Source: an uncultured Campylobacter sp.
Lineage (GTDB): Bacteria; Campylobacterota; Campylobacteria; Campylobacterales; Campylobacteraceae
DNA length: 64,000 nucleotides
Assembly (NCBI RefSeq): GCF_938017775.1
Contig: NZ_CALIIU010000022.1
Coordinates: 2,683-66,682, forward strand
Reading direction: 5' to 3'
The notes under the pieces are model-generated. The model was not told the DNA's origin. It was given only the letters and a program-made list of their open reading frames with translations, and ran no database searches. Of the stretch, positions 10,058 through 19,795 are shown piece by piece (position 1 is the first letter of the stretch; each line of letters starts with the position of its first letter). The position numbers and the translations under genes are program-made.

Positions 10058-10849
10058 ATGAAACCGGACTATAAAAACTGGGTGCCTAAGGGCATGATCG
10101 CGAGCTTTGCCGCAGGTGCGGGCATAGCGTTAGTTTTGTTTTTGATTTTCGGCGTTTGCGGCGCTTTTGTTGGCGGCGTGCTGAGGTGGTTTCTTGCGGG
10201 GCTTTTCGGCGCAGCGGCGCTGGTTTTGATCGGCTTTACGATCTACTGCGTCGTGTGGTACCGCACGTTTGATTACGGCGGCAAACGTCAGCTCTCTCGC
10301 GCGATCGTAGAGGGCACGGCAAAATACGTAGATCTACCTGAGGGCGGGCGCGGGCTAGACGTAGGCTGCGGCAGCGGCGCGCTAACGATCGCCGTGGCTA
10401 AGCGCAACCCGCACGCATCGGTGCTAGGCGTCGATCGCTGGGGCTTTGAGTATGCGTCTTTTAACAAGCAGCTGTGCGAATCCAATGCGCGCGCCGAAGG
10501 GGTGCAGAACATCGGCTTCGAGCAGGCCGACGCCACGCAGCTACCCTTTGAGGACGGCAGTTTCGATGCGGTTACAAGCAACTACGTCTATCACAACATC
10601 ATGCGCAAGGACCGCCAGGCGCTGCTTTTAGAGACGCTCCGCGTGCTTAAAAAGGGCGGCAGCTTCGCAATCCACGATCTTTTCTCGCGCGGAAACTACG
10701 GCGATATGGACGCTTTCATAGCGCGACTTAAAGAGCAGGGCTATGAGCAGCTCGAGCTCATAGACACGACGCAGGGGCTTTTTATGGGCCCGCGCGAAGC
10801 CAAATGGCTGATGTTAGGCAGCTCAAAGCTTCTGGTGGGCAAAAAATAA
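10058..10849 (+). CDS. Class I SAM-dependent methyltransferase with N-terminal TM hairpin
   Basis: LDVGCGSG motif I; ADATQLPFEDGSFDAVTS; LRVLKKGG. Confidence 0.9.
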   Translation: MKPDYKNWVPKGMIASFAAGAGIALVLFLIFGVCGAFVGGVLRWFLAGLFGAAALVLIGFTIYCVVWYRTFDYGGKRQLSRAIVEGTAKYVDLPEGGRGLDVGCGSGALTIAVAKRNPHASVLGVDRWGFEYASFNKQLCESNARAEGVQNIGFEQADATQLPFEDGSFDAVTSNYVYHNIMRKDRQALLLETLRVLKKGGSFAIHDLFSRGNYGDMDAFIARLKEQGYEQLELIDTTQGLFMGPREAKWLMLGSSKLLVGKK

Positions 10850-11173
10850 AAAGCCTTTGTAAATTTTGAAATTTGAGTTAATTTAGAATTCCTAGGCGAC
10901 GGATTTAAATTTAAGGCCGATCGCTTTTATGAAATTTCGCTTTTAAATTTTGAAATTTTATGTTTTGGGCGTGCGGCACGGCGTGAGTTTGCGCGTAGAA
11001 TTACGCTATGATAAGATTAAAATTTCACGCTGCGAAAGAGCAGTGAGTAAGACGATCCTTCGGGTAAATTTGACCGCGGATAAAGCGGATTTGATGCTGA
11101 ACTACTATCTTTAAGATAAGCTTTTGTTTAAAAATATATAATTCACATTTCATTTAATTTCAAAGGAGAAACT

Positions 11174-11932
11174 GTGAAAGGAACTATTTTGGCTAAGGGC
11201 ATTATCCTTGCCGCAGATGAGAGCCGCTACTCATACCAGCAAGAGGATGTGAAATCGGCAAATGAGGAAGGCAAACCAGTCGTTTTGAGTCAAGGCGATG
11301 AAGTTGATTTTATCGCAGAGGGGCAAACTGCAAAGGAGATATACCTTACAAAAACAAAGCTCATTAACGTAGATTTCTCTAATTTTTCTCTTGGGGATGA
11401 TAATTTATCAACCATCAGAACGCTTGGACTAGCGGGATCGGCGCTACCGATTTTAGGCGTTATTCCGTTTATCGGTTTAGTTTTCGTTATCGCAGGTTTT
11501 ATATGTATATTGCTCGCTATCATCAAGCTTTCAAATAAAGCTGCCAGCCCTACGCTTAAGAAAAACTACATCATTTATCTAGTAGCCACCGTCGTAGCGA
11601 CCATACTTATCTTTATAGGTGCGACTATGGGGGTGTTTGCGCTGATAGGCGCGAGCGCTAAATATGGCAGTGCTAGCGGTATCGGCATAGCCATCGGCGT
11701 CATTTTCTTCATCGCCGGCATAATCGGTATGATTTATGCGTTTTTTAAAGAATTCCAAGTTTATAATGAGCTTTCAAGAATATCGGGCGATAAATTTTTC
11801 CTCTATTACTTCATTTGCACGGTCGTCGGTGCGCTAACGGTCGCTATCGTTATCGGATATTTTATACTGTTAGCGGCGTTTATCTTACAAATCATCGCTT
11901 GGTATAGATTGCGAGAGATTAAGGCGGCTTAA
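11174..11932 (+). CDS. DUF996-like membrane protein with small N-terminal OB-like domain
   Basis: GDEVDF N-terminal domain followed by multiple TM helices ending IIAWYRL. Confidence 0.65.
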   Translation: MKGTILAKGIILAADESRYSYQQEDVKSANEEGKPVVLSQGDEVDFIAEGQTAKEIYLTKTKLINVDFSNFSLGDDNLSTIRTLGLAGSALPILGVIPFIGLVFVIAGFICILLAIIKLSNKAASPTLKKNYIIYLVATVVATILIFIGATMGVFALIGASAKYGSASGIGIAIGVIFFIAGIIGMIYAFFKEFQVYNELSRISGDKFFLYYFICTVVGALTVAIVIGYFILLAAFILQIIAWYRLREIKAA

Positions 11933-12054
11933 ATTTTTGTATTTTTGATCGGCAGGTAAATTTACGCAAACAAAACCCCGCCGATAAATTTTAATTTTGC
12001 GAGTTTATGCGCAAATCCGCATTGTAAATTTAATGGCTCCGTGATATTTTAAAT

Positions 12055-12546
12055 TTAAACGCGATATAGACTAAAGCAGCCGTAGTCGGTGCGCACGGCC
12101 AAAACTTCCTCGCCGTTTATGCGCTCAAATTTCGCCTCGCAGCGCTTCACGACGTGCGAGAGCTCGAAGCTAAGCTGCAAATTACCGCTTTTTAGATCGA
12201 TGATGCGGGCTTTGTCGTAATTAATCAATGCGAGCCGTGAAACGTCCGCACTAATGCAAAGCTCGTCCGCCTCGGCGCATTCAGCTCGTAGCCACGCAGG
12301 ATTAAGCCACTCGCCGCTTGCAACGTCAATGCAAACTAGCTTGCTCGCGTAGCGCTCCTTGCCCAGCACCGAGCCGTCCGCCAAAAAGCAAATTTTATCA
12401 AAAATGCCGAAATCGCCTTTTATCTCGTTTAAAATTTCGCCGTTTAGCGTGCTTAAAATTTTGATCTCGTTTTGTTTGCAATGAAGCGCCAGCCGCGCGC
12501 CGTCATCGCTAATCGCGGCGCACAAGGTCGGTGTATAGCTTTTCAT
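12055..12546 (-). CDS. Beta-propeller-like C-terminal part of the WGR-like protein (separate ORF or frameshifted half)
   Basis: ATG at 12546 overlaps the TGA of the upstream ORF; WD40-like blades (ISDDGARLAL, FLADGSVL, ISADVSRLAL). Confidence 0.6.
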   Translation of the reverse strand: MKSYTPTLCAAISDDGARLALHCKQNEIKILSTLNGEILNEIKGDFGIFDKICFLADGSVLGKERYASKLVCIDVASGEWLNPAWLRAECAEADELCISADVSRLALINYDKARIIDLKSGNLQLSFELSHVVKRCEAKFERINGEEVLAVRTDYGCFSLYRV

Positions 12547-13184
12547 TCGGATCTGTACTCGGCTAGAGGCGAAATCTCGTCGCCGCGCAAAGTAAAAATT
12601 TGACCGAACATCGCAAACGACGCCATATCTTTCGCCGCACAAACGAAACTCGTAAATTCTTTGCTATTTTTAAAGCTCAACCATTGAGAGAGATCGCTAA
12701 ATTCGCCGCTTGCGGGATCAAATTTAAAGATAAAATGATCCAGATCCAAAAGCAAAACCTCACCCGCACGCTCCGCCCGCCATGCAAGCGGCTTTGGCAG
12801 GACGATCTGCTGCTTTACGGCGCCGCTCGCGTCCAGCCTGATGAGAAAGTCATCCAGCGCGCCGCCCTCTTTGTAGCCGCCGCATTTATAGACGAAAAGA
12901 TCGTCTCCCGTGCCCGCAAAGGCCAGCGCGCCCGTGTAACCGCCGCCGATATAGATGTGCAAACTCGCCTCGCCCGCTTTGGCGTCTGCGTTTTGCAGGA
13001 CGTAGCCTTTCTTTAGGCTCTCCCACTCCTTTTTCACGCAGGCTTTTTGCGCCTCGTCCGCGCCGGCAAACTCCTTTTGCGTCTGCCTCGTTTTGCCGTT
13101 TTTGACGCTCTCGCTGATTAAAATTTTGCCCTCGACGCGCAAATTTAATCGGTCGCCGCTGGTTAAATTTATCAAATTTTTCAT
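12543..13184 (-). CDS. WGR-like domain protein, N-terminal part
   Basis: GKTRQTQKEFAGADEAQKACVKKEWESLKKGYV resembles the end of a WGR domain; followed by beta-rich repeats. Confidence 0.65.
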   Translation of the reverse strand: MKNLINLTSGDRLNLRVEGKILISESVKNGKTRQTQKEFAGADEAQKACVKKEWESLKKGYVLQNADAKAGEASLHIYIGGGYTGALAFAGTGDDLFVYKCGGYKEGGALDDFLIRLDASGAVKQQIVLPKPLAWRAERAGEVLLLDLDHFIFKFDPASGEFSDLSQWLSFKNSKEFTSFVCAAKDMASFAMFGQIFTLRGDEISPLAEYRSE

Positions 13185-13239
13185 TTTCGCTCCTGCGGAT
13201 TGTTTTGAAAATTATCGCAAAAACCCGCTTAAAGGCCGC

Positions 13240-13794
13240 CTAAATATCGATAACGCCGAGGTGCGAGAGCAAAATTTTAACCCCGATTAGGATCAAAATC
13301 GCGCCGCCTAAAACGAGCGCCTTTGAGTGCAGGTATTCGCCCGTTAGCTTGCCTGCGTAGCACGCCGCGACACACAGCGCGAAGCAGACGAGCCCGATTA
13401 CGCAACAGGCGTAAAGGATGTTTATCTCGCCAAAGGCAAAGGTCACGCCCACGGCTATAGCATCGATGCTGGTAGCGATCGCACCCAGCACCAGCTCCTT
13501 CGTGCTTAGGCGTAGAGCTGGCTCGTCCTGCTCGCGGCGGGATTCCGCGATCATCTTGACGCCTAAAAACGATAAAATTCCAAACGCGACGAAGTGATCG
13601 ATCTGCGCGATAAATTTTACGAAATTTATCCCCAAAGCGTAGCCCGCAAGCGGCATTATAAACTGAGCCGCCGCGTAGAAAAACGCGATGCGCACGATCT
13701 GCGCAAATTTAAAATTCGGATATTTCGCGCCGTTTGAGATACTAAGCGCGACGCTGTCCATCGCAAGCGCAAAAGCGATGAGTAAAAGCTCCAT
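13240..13794 (-). CDS. mntP: Manganese efflux pump MntP family
   Basis: ALAMDSVALSI and AIATSIDAIAVG repeated motifs; about 6 TM. Confidence 0.9.
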   Translation of the reverse strand: MELLLIAFALAMDSVALSISNGAKYPNFKFAQIVRIAFFYAAAQFIMPLAGYALGINFVKFIAQIDHFVAFGILSFLGVKMIAESRREQDEPALRLSTKELVLGAIATSIDAIAVGVTFAFGEINILYACCVIGLVCFALCVAACYAGKLTGEYLHSKALVLGGAILILIGVKILLSHLGVIDI

Positions 13795-13880
13795 ATTTAG
13801 CCCTTTTGGTATTATAAAAGCGTTGATTATACATTAAAATTTCTGAAATAAAATGAACAATCTTAAATCGGGAAAAAGCC

Positions 13881-14510
13881 TTGCTTAAAAATCTAATTCT
13901 TTGCCTTTTGCCGCTCATAGCGGCTGCGAGTTGGGAAGAGGTCGCCGTAAAGGGGCTGGACGTAGTCATCAGCGCAAACGTGGGCGATAGCGAAAATTTC
14001 AAAAGCTCGCTAAGTACTCTGATCGAACGCGCTGCAAATGAGTACGAACGCACTGGCGTACAGGATTACGAGCTTGATCTGCCTAGCTACATTACCGAGC
14101 GTGCGGGCAAAAAAAGCATCGCCGTGCAAAATATGCGCCGCCTGGCCACTCAAAAGCTAAATCCGGCGATCGAGCCGCTAAAAAATTTGATACTTACTAA
14201 AATCAAAGAGATGCCCGAGGCCGATACCAAGGCGGTTATGAGCGGCGAAGTGCTGTTTAGCCACTATCTACGCACAAACGCCTTTGATGAAATTTACGAT
14301 ATTTTGCTGCCGTTCGCGCGCGCTCTGGGCTCGGACGCGGGCTTTGCCAAAAGCTACAAAAACGCCGTGGGCAAGGAGATTGCGGATGATTTCGGCAGCG
14401 AATTCAGTAGCGCCTTCATCAACGAAAGCTTTGATTTTTTGAGCAAAAACGAAAGGGAGTTTCGCAAAAACTCGGGCGCGATTTTAAACGCGATAAAGAC
14501 GGTCAGATAG
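13881..14510 (+). CDS. Exported protein, DUF4197-like
   Basis: Signal peptide; helical body ending FLSKNEREFRKN. Confidence 0.5.
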   Translation: MLKNLILCLLPLIAAASWEEVAVKGLDVVISANVGDSENFKSSLSTLIERAANEYERTGVQDYELDLPSYITERAGKKSIAVQNMRRLATQKLNPAIEPLKNLILTKIKEMPEADTKAVMSGEVLFSHYLRTNAFDEIYDILLPFARALGSDAGFAKSYKNAVGKEIADDFGSEFSSAFINESFDFLSKNEREFRKNSGAILNAIKTVR

Positions 14511-14555
14511 GCGCGCAACTACGATAAGATCTCGGCGAAATTCTACTTTAAATTT

Positions 14556-16445
14556 ATGAAAAATTCTATCTCGGAGCTCGCGGAAAATTTTAATTCAAAA
14601 TCCGCTTTAAATTTTATTTTAGATCCGGTGCGCGAGCGCGCGAAAAACACAGCTTTAAATTCTGCTTCAAATGTGGCGTTTACGTGCGCGAAAAATACAG
14701 CGCCTGGCGGTGCGGTAAATTTCGCTCCCGCTCCCTACCTCAAAAGAAATTTCAAATTTCAAGACGCGGCCGCCGAGTTAAATTTCATCTGCAAAAGAAA
14801 TTTAAAATTTTATCCCGTTTCGGTCGGTTTTGCCGTATGCAATCGTGCCTCGGCCAGTTTTGCCGCGCGCAATCTCGTCGCGCTCTATTCCGCTCCGCGC
14901 GTCAAAAATCCAGGGAGAAAATTCGCTTTAAATTCCGCGGCTATTGCGCTAAATTTAAAGCCCGCGCAGGATATGAGCCGCACCGAAAATAAAGCTTTAA
15001 ATTCTGCAAAATCTCCCGAAACAAATCCTTGCGAAAATTCCGCAAGAAATTTCAAGCGAAATTTTATATTAAATTTTACGGAAAATTCCATTCATAGCGG
15101 CGCAAATAGCGCGAGTTCGCTAAGCCGTGCAAGCGTCGTAGACGATCCAAATTTAAGCTCTGCAAAAAGCCTTGCTGACGCCCATACGCGACGCTCAAAG
15201 AAAAATTTTACTGGGGTTCTTGCAAACGATCCGGACTCCGCTCATACGCCGCAGAGCTTTGGATTGAAAAATTTTGAGGCGCGGAATTTTGCGAAGAAAT
15301 CCAATTCGGCACAGAATTCTAGCTCCGCTCGAAGCTTAAATTCCGCGCAGAATTTCGATTTCGCGCAAAGCTCTGATTCTACGCAGAGCCCTGCTGCTGC
15401 GCAAAATTCTGCCTCTACGCAAAACTGCACGCAAAGCTCGAATTCCGCGCAGAGTTTCGGGCAAAATTCTAATTCCGTGCAAAGCCGCGCGCAAAACCCC
15501 GTTCCGCCTAGCAGGCTGTGGGACCTGGGGCTACTTTTCGTGGCGATCGTTTGGGGATGCACTTTCGTGCCGGTTCAGCGCGCGCTGCATAGCGGCGACG
15601 TTTTTAGCTTTTTGTTTTGGCGCTTTTTGGCGGCGAGCATTTTTACTTACCTCGCCTGCCTGCGCTTCGGCGTCAAATTTGACCGCGGCACGATAGGGCG
15701 GGGCGTGTTTTGCGGGCTGATGCTGTTTTGCGATTTTTCCTGCCAGACCATAGCGCTTGATTATGCGCTATCATCGACGGTGGCGTTTATTTTGGGGCTA
15801 AATGTCGTCATCGTGCCCTTTTTGATGCTTGCGTTTTTCAGCAAAAAGATCGGTGCTAGCGCCTTTGGCGGCGCGGTCGTGGCGCTTTTGGGGCTGTATT
15901 TTTTAAGCGGAGCAAGCGGCGCGGTGGGATTTGGCATAGGTGAGCGGTTGACGCTGATTTCGGCGTTTGCATACGCGCTTCACATCGTATTTACGGGCGT
16001 CTGTGCGCGCAAAAGCAATCTCTACGGCTTTGTGATCGTGCAGTTTATCTGCGTCTGCGTCTGCGCGCTGATCGCGGCGGTTTTCACTCCGCACGCGGAA
16101 TTTGAAGGCGAGATAAAGGTGCTAGGAAATTTAATCTTTTCGCCGAGCTTCGACTTCGTTTTTGCGCTGGTTTTGACCTCGATCTTTGCCACTGTCGCGG
16201 CGTTTGTGATTCAAACAATGGCGCAAAACCGCGGCGTAAGCGAGATAAAAACGGTGCTGATTTTCGCGCTGGAGCCCGTAAGCGCGGGCATTATGGGGTA
16301 TGCTTTCGGTGAGAAGCTAAGCGCGCTTCAAATTTTGGGTGCGGCGCTGATACTCGCGGGCATCCTGCTTAGCGAGCTGGGCGGGATTTTAGGCGCGAAG
16401 TTTGCTAAAGACCGAGCTTGCGAAAAAGCAGACCGAGGCGACTAG
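14556..16445 (+). CDS. DMT/EamA family transporter with long low-complexity N-terminal extension (true start uncertain)
   Basis: AIVWGCTF...RFL, LIFALEPVSA, GEKLSALQILGAALILAG from about 15515; the upstream about 320 codons are open but N/S/A/F/K-rich. Confidence 0.85.
   Translation: MKNSISELAENFNSKSALNFILDPVRERAKNTALNSASNVAFTCAKNTAPGGAVNFAPAPYLKRNFKFQDAAAELNFICKRNLKFYPVSVGFAVCNRASASFAARNLVALYSAPRVKNPGRKFALNSAAIALNLKPAQDMSRTENKALNSAKSPETNPCENSARNFKRNFILNFTENSIHSGANSASSLSRASVVDDPNLSSAKSLADAHTRRSKKNFTGVLANDPDSAHTPQSFGLKNFEARNFAKKSNSAQNSSSARSLNSAQNFDFAQSSDSTQSPAAAQNSASTQNCTQSSNSAQSFGQNSNSVQSRAQNPVPPSRLWDLGLLFVAIVWGCTFVPVQRALHSGDVFSFLFWRFLAASIFTYLACLRFGVKFDRGTIGRGVFCGLMLFCDFSCQTIALDYALSSTVAFILGLNVVIVPFLMLAFFSKKIGASAFGGAVVALLGLYFLSGASGAVGFGIGERLTLISAFAYALHIVFTGVCARKSNLYGFVIVQFICVCVCALIAAVFTPHAEFEGEIKVLGNLIFSPSFDFVFALVLTSIFATVAAFVIQTMAQNRGVSEIKTVLIFALEPVSAGIMGYAFGEKLSALQILGAALILAGILLSELGGILGAKFAKDRACEKADRGD
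15302..15495 (+). repeat. Degenerate 18-bp coding tandem repeat (NSAQNS/AQSSNS)
   Basis: About ten units resembling AATTCCGCGCAAAGCTCT. Confidence 0.75.
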
Positions 16446-17192
16446 GATGATCGAAGCGCCGCTGGTTAGATTGAGCTTAAAGCTCAAAATAAGCCCCGCC
16501 GCGCAGAAAAGCGCTGATAGCGCGCAGCTTATCGCCATCATCGAGCCTAAGTTTTTTGAAATTTTTTCGGCGATAAAGGGCGGGATCGTCATCAGCGAGA
16601 TCACTAAGATTAGTCCTACGATCTGAATCGACGCGACCACCGCGAGGCTCGCCATCACCACGAGGACATAGTAAAAGACGCTCGTATTTACCCCACGCAG
16701 CAGGGCGAATTCCTTATCGAAGCTGATCGCTAAAAACTGCCTGTAAAAGCACGCCGTAAGCGCCGCAAACGTCGCGTCGCAAATGCCGATGAAGATTAAA
16801 TTTTCGTGATTTATCGCTAAGATCGAGCCGAATAAAAAGCTCATCAGATCGGATTTGTACCCAGGCGTGAGATCGGCGAATATTATCCCCAGCGCCATTC
16901 CAAACGCCCATATCGCGCCGATTACGGCATCGAAGCGCTCGGTATTTCGCAGCGTGACGTAGGCGATGAGCAGCCCCAAAAACAGCGCAAATACGCTAGC
17001 TCCCAGTACGGGCGAGATGCCTAAAAATAGCGCGATGCCGATGCCGCCGTATGCGCCGTGCGCGATGCCGCCTGCTATGAAGCTCATGCGATTTATCACG
17101 ACTAAAGAGCCCACGACGCCGCAGACTATACTGACCAAAAGCCCGCCGAGTAGGGCGTTTTGCATGAAATCATAGGATAGAATTTCAGCCAT
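16389..17192 (-). CDS. znuB: Zn/Mn ABC transporter permease
   Basis: RMSFIAGGIAHGAYGG, LFGSILAI, ISFDKEFA, VGLILVISL. Confidence 0.92.
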   Translation of the reverse strand: MAEILSYDFMQNALLGGLLVSIVCGVVGSLVVINRMSFIAGGIAHGAYGGIGIALFLGISPVLGASVFALFLGLLIAYVTLRNTERFDAVIGAIWAFGMALGIIFADLTPGYKSDLMSFLFGSILAINHENLIFIGICDATFAALTACFYRQFLAISFDKEFALLRGVNTSVFYYVLVVMASLAVVASIQIVGLILVISLMTIPPFIAEKISKNLGSMMAISCALSALFCAAGLILSFKLNLTSGASIILVASVCFFASSVFSKLRA

Positions 17193-17952
17193 TTTTGCAC
17201 TCCTTGCAGCAGCATTCGTTAAGCGCGAGATCGACGGCGCAAAAGTGCCCGTGCTCGCGTCGCAGGTGATCTAAAAATTCCGCTCTGCCCCCCGGATCGA
17301 TCTCGTGGGTGTGCGCCGAGCCGTTTGCGACGTAAAGCGCGCGGTTTGCGTAGTTTAGCGCGAGTTGCACGTCGTGGCTGATTAAAATTATGCCGCAGCC
17401 GCCCTCGTTTAGGGATTTTAAAAGCTCGTAAATTTGAACCTGCCCCATCGTATCTATGCTCGCTAGCGGCTCGTCAAGAAGTAAAATTTTAGCCTTCGCG
17501 CACAGCGCCCGCGCGATGTAAACGCGCTGTCTCTGCCCGCCGCTAAGCTCGCTGATACGGCAGTCAGCTAAGCTTTGCATACCTACGCGCTCCAAGGCTT
17601 GCATGGCTTGCTCGCGCTCGGATTTTGAGTAAAAGCCGAAAATTTTCTTATCTATCAGCCCCATTAAAACGACTTCGAGCACGCTGATGGGAAAGCTTTT
17701 GTTTATCGCGATGAACTGCGGTACGTAGCCCATTTGCGCCCTGGCAAGCGCGGGCGATCTGCCTAAAATTTCGATCGTGCCCGAGCTTGGTTGTAGCAGC
17801 CCCAAAAGCAGCTTCAAAAGGGTGCTTTTGCCGCCGCCGTTGGGCCCGAAAATCGCCAAAAAATCGCGCAGCTCGTAGCTTAAGTTTATATCTTTTAAAA
17901 TTTCGCGTTTTTCGTAAGCAAAGTTTAAATTTTTTATCGTCACGTCCGCCAT
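17185..17952 (-). CDS. znuC: Zn/Mn ABC transporter ATP-binding protein with His/Cys-rich tail
   Basis: GPNGGGKST, LSGGQRQR, LLLDEP, SHD; start MADVTIK follows GAAAGG. Confidence 0.92.
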   Translation of the reverse strand: MADVTIKNLNFAYEKREILKDINLSYELRDFLAIFGPNGGGKSTLLKLLLGLLQPSSGTIEILGRSPALARAQMGYVPQFIAINKSFPISVLEVVLMGLIDKKIFGFYSKSEREQAMQALERVGMQSLADCRISELSGGQRQRVYIARALCAKAKILLLDEPLASIDTMGQVQIYELLKSLNEGGCGIILISHDVQLALNYANRALYVANGSAHTHEIDPGGRAEFLDHLRREHGHFCAVDLALNECCCKECKNG

Positions 17953-18051
17953 GAACGCCCTTTCGCCTAGATTTTGAAAGCATTTATTATAGCCCAAATT
18001 CGGAAAAATTGCCAAATTTTGCTATTATTACAAAAAATTTAAAGGCAAGCG

Positions 18052-18960
18052 GTGGAGAAAATCGGCGAAAAAACACATGAAAATAGCTGGGATAAAAAGT
18101 CCGAAAGTTACGCTAAATTTAGCGGCGAGTTAGGAGATTTCGGCAAGCGGGTGTTTGAGATACTGCGCGGCTGGGGGGTGAGCTTTGCGGGTAAAAGCGT
18201 GCTTGACGTGGGCGCCGGTACGGGGGTTTACTCGCTGTATCTCGCGTCGCTGGGCGCCAAGGTCACGGCGATCGATAGCTCGGAGGGGATGCTGCGCGAG
18301 CTAAGGCGCAGCGCGGGGGAGTTTGGCATCAGCTTGCAAAACGTATTAAATTTAAGCTTTGCGGAGTTTTGCGAGCGGCTGAGCCGCGATGGTTTTGCAA
18401 ATGCGGCGGGCGAAAATTTTAAAATTTATCCGCGCTCGCAGAGCGAAATTTCAAATGTGCAAGCTCAAGAAGTCCGGGCTTTAAATTTAAAAGACGCTGC
18501 GAGCAAAACCCACGAGAGCGAAAATTTTAAAATTCCCGCAGTTTTTGATATCGCGTTTCTTACGATGAGCCCTGCACTGAAGAGCACGGAGGATTTTGAG
18601 GCGTTTTTGGCTTTAGGCGAGCGAAAAATTTATCTAAACTGGGCGAGCGAGCGCAATTCATCGATGCTTGCGCCGCTTTTTGAGCGCTTTGGCACGGGGC
18701 ATAAAAGACTTGCTACCGCCGCCGAAAAGTTCGAGGCGCTACTAAAGACGCGCGACATCAAATTTAAAAGCGAAATTTTAACTGAAAAGCGCGAGCAAAA
18801 ACGCAGCCTGCAAGAAGCTGTGCAAAACGCCGCATGGCACCTACATATGGACGGCGCGAAGGCCAGTGAGCGCGAGATCGAGGAGATTTTGAAAAAGCGG
18901 GCTAAAGGCGGGATGATAAGCGATGAGATCGAAGCGAGTTTTAAGCTGTTTTATATTTAG
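18052..18960 (+). CDS. Class I SAM-dependent methyltransferase with internal insertion
   Basis: VLDVGAGTG, AIDSSEGML; low-complexity insert before FDIAFLTMSP. Confidence 0.85.
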   Translation: MEKIGEKTHENSWDKKSESYAKFSGELGDFGKRVFEILRGWGVSFAGKSVLDVGAGTGVYSLYLASLGAKVTAIDSSEGMLRELRRSAGEFGISLQNVLNLSFAEFCERLSRDGFANAAGENFKIYPRSQSEISNVQAQEVRALNLKDAASKTHESENFKIPAVFDIAFLTMSPALKSTEDFEAFLALGERKIYLNWASERNSSMLAPLFERFGTGHKRLATAAEKFEALLKTRDIKFKSEILTEKREQKRSLQEAVQNAAWHLHMDGAKASEREIEEILKKRAKGGMISDEIEASFKLFYI

Positions 18961-19795
18961 CCTGGCGCCGCTTTTGGGGCTTTGCGGCAATCTTTTCTCG
19001 CCGCTTGAGATGCCTAAATACGACCCGCAAAAGGCGCGGCTGGGCGCAAAAATTTTTACTGACGTAAGATTTAGCAGCAAAGGCCGCTCCTGCGAAAGTT
19101 GCCACAACTTCTATCTAAACGATTCGGGTGCTTCGGTGCGCGATGGACGCGTGCCTACGCTCATAAATTCTTATTATTTTGATCGCTACTTGGGCGATTA
19201 TAATTTCGCGGGCTTTGAAGCGCGGATCGCGGCATCGGTTTTTAGCGAGAATGAACTGGATGCGAGCGAAGATAGAATTTTAGAGCTTATCAGGAAGAAT
19301 TTAGCCTACAAGCAGGCTTTTGAAAGTGCTTACGGCGAGGCGAATACGGCGAACTTCATTGATGCGTTGAAGGAATTTTTAAAGTCCAAAACGGCGATAA
19401 ATTCCAAATTTGACCGATTTTTGCGCGGCGAGGTTAAGCTAAATGATGCCGAATATAACGGATATGTGCTTTTTGTGCGGCTATGCTCGGCATGTCACAA
19501 CGGCGTTAGCCTAGGCACCGGCAGCTTTACTAAAATTCGTCCAAGTTCAGAAGAGGAGGATGTGCCTAGGCATAGGTTCACTTCCGACGGATTTGAGTTG
19601 CGCCGCGTGCCTAGCTTGCGCAATATCACGCAAACCGCGCCTTACGTAAACGGGCAGATGGATTTGCGTCTTGCGGTGCGGCAGATTGCAAAGGATCTGC
19701 TAAAATACGATCTTAGCGATGGGGAGCTTGATGCTTTGATGAGCTTTTTGGCTACACTTAAGGGCGAGATGACGGAGGCGCAGGATGAAAGATAA
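18923..19795 (+). CDS. Di-heme cytochrome c peroxidase-like protein (degenerate)
   Basis: Signal peptide; two CxxCH motifs (CESCH, CSACH); SKFDRFLRG; VPSLRNITQTAPY. Confidence 0.88.
   Translation: MRSKRVLSCFIFSLAPLLGLCGNLFSPLEMPKYDPQKARLGAKIFTDVRFSSKGRSCESCHNFYLNDSGASVRDGRVPTLINSYYFDRYLGDYNFAGFEARIAASVFSENELDASEDRILELIRKNLAYKQAFESAYGEANTANFIDALKEFLKSKTAINSKFDRFLRGEVKLNDAEYNGYVLFVRLCSACHNGVSLGTGSFTKIRPSSEEEDVPRHRFTSDGFELRRVPSLRNITQTAPYVNGQMDLRLAVRQIAKDLLKYDLSDGELDALMSFLATLKGEMTEAQDER

Noticed and set aside
11025..11105. Possible structured RNA (GAAA and CTTCGG loops)
   Set aside because: Stems are short and imperfect and no family was recognised; too weak without a covariance search
12543..12545. 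Selenocysteine readthrough of the TGA
   Set aside because: The protein-like continuation is in a different frame, not in frame after the TGA
13795..13880. yybP-ykoY manganese riboswitch upstream of mntP
   Set aside because: The spacer is only 86 bp, AT-rich and holds divergent promoters; no conserved riboswitch elements seen
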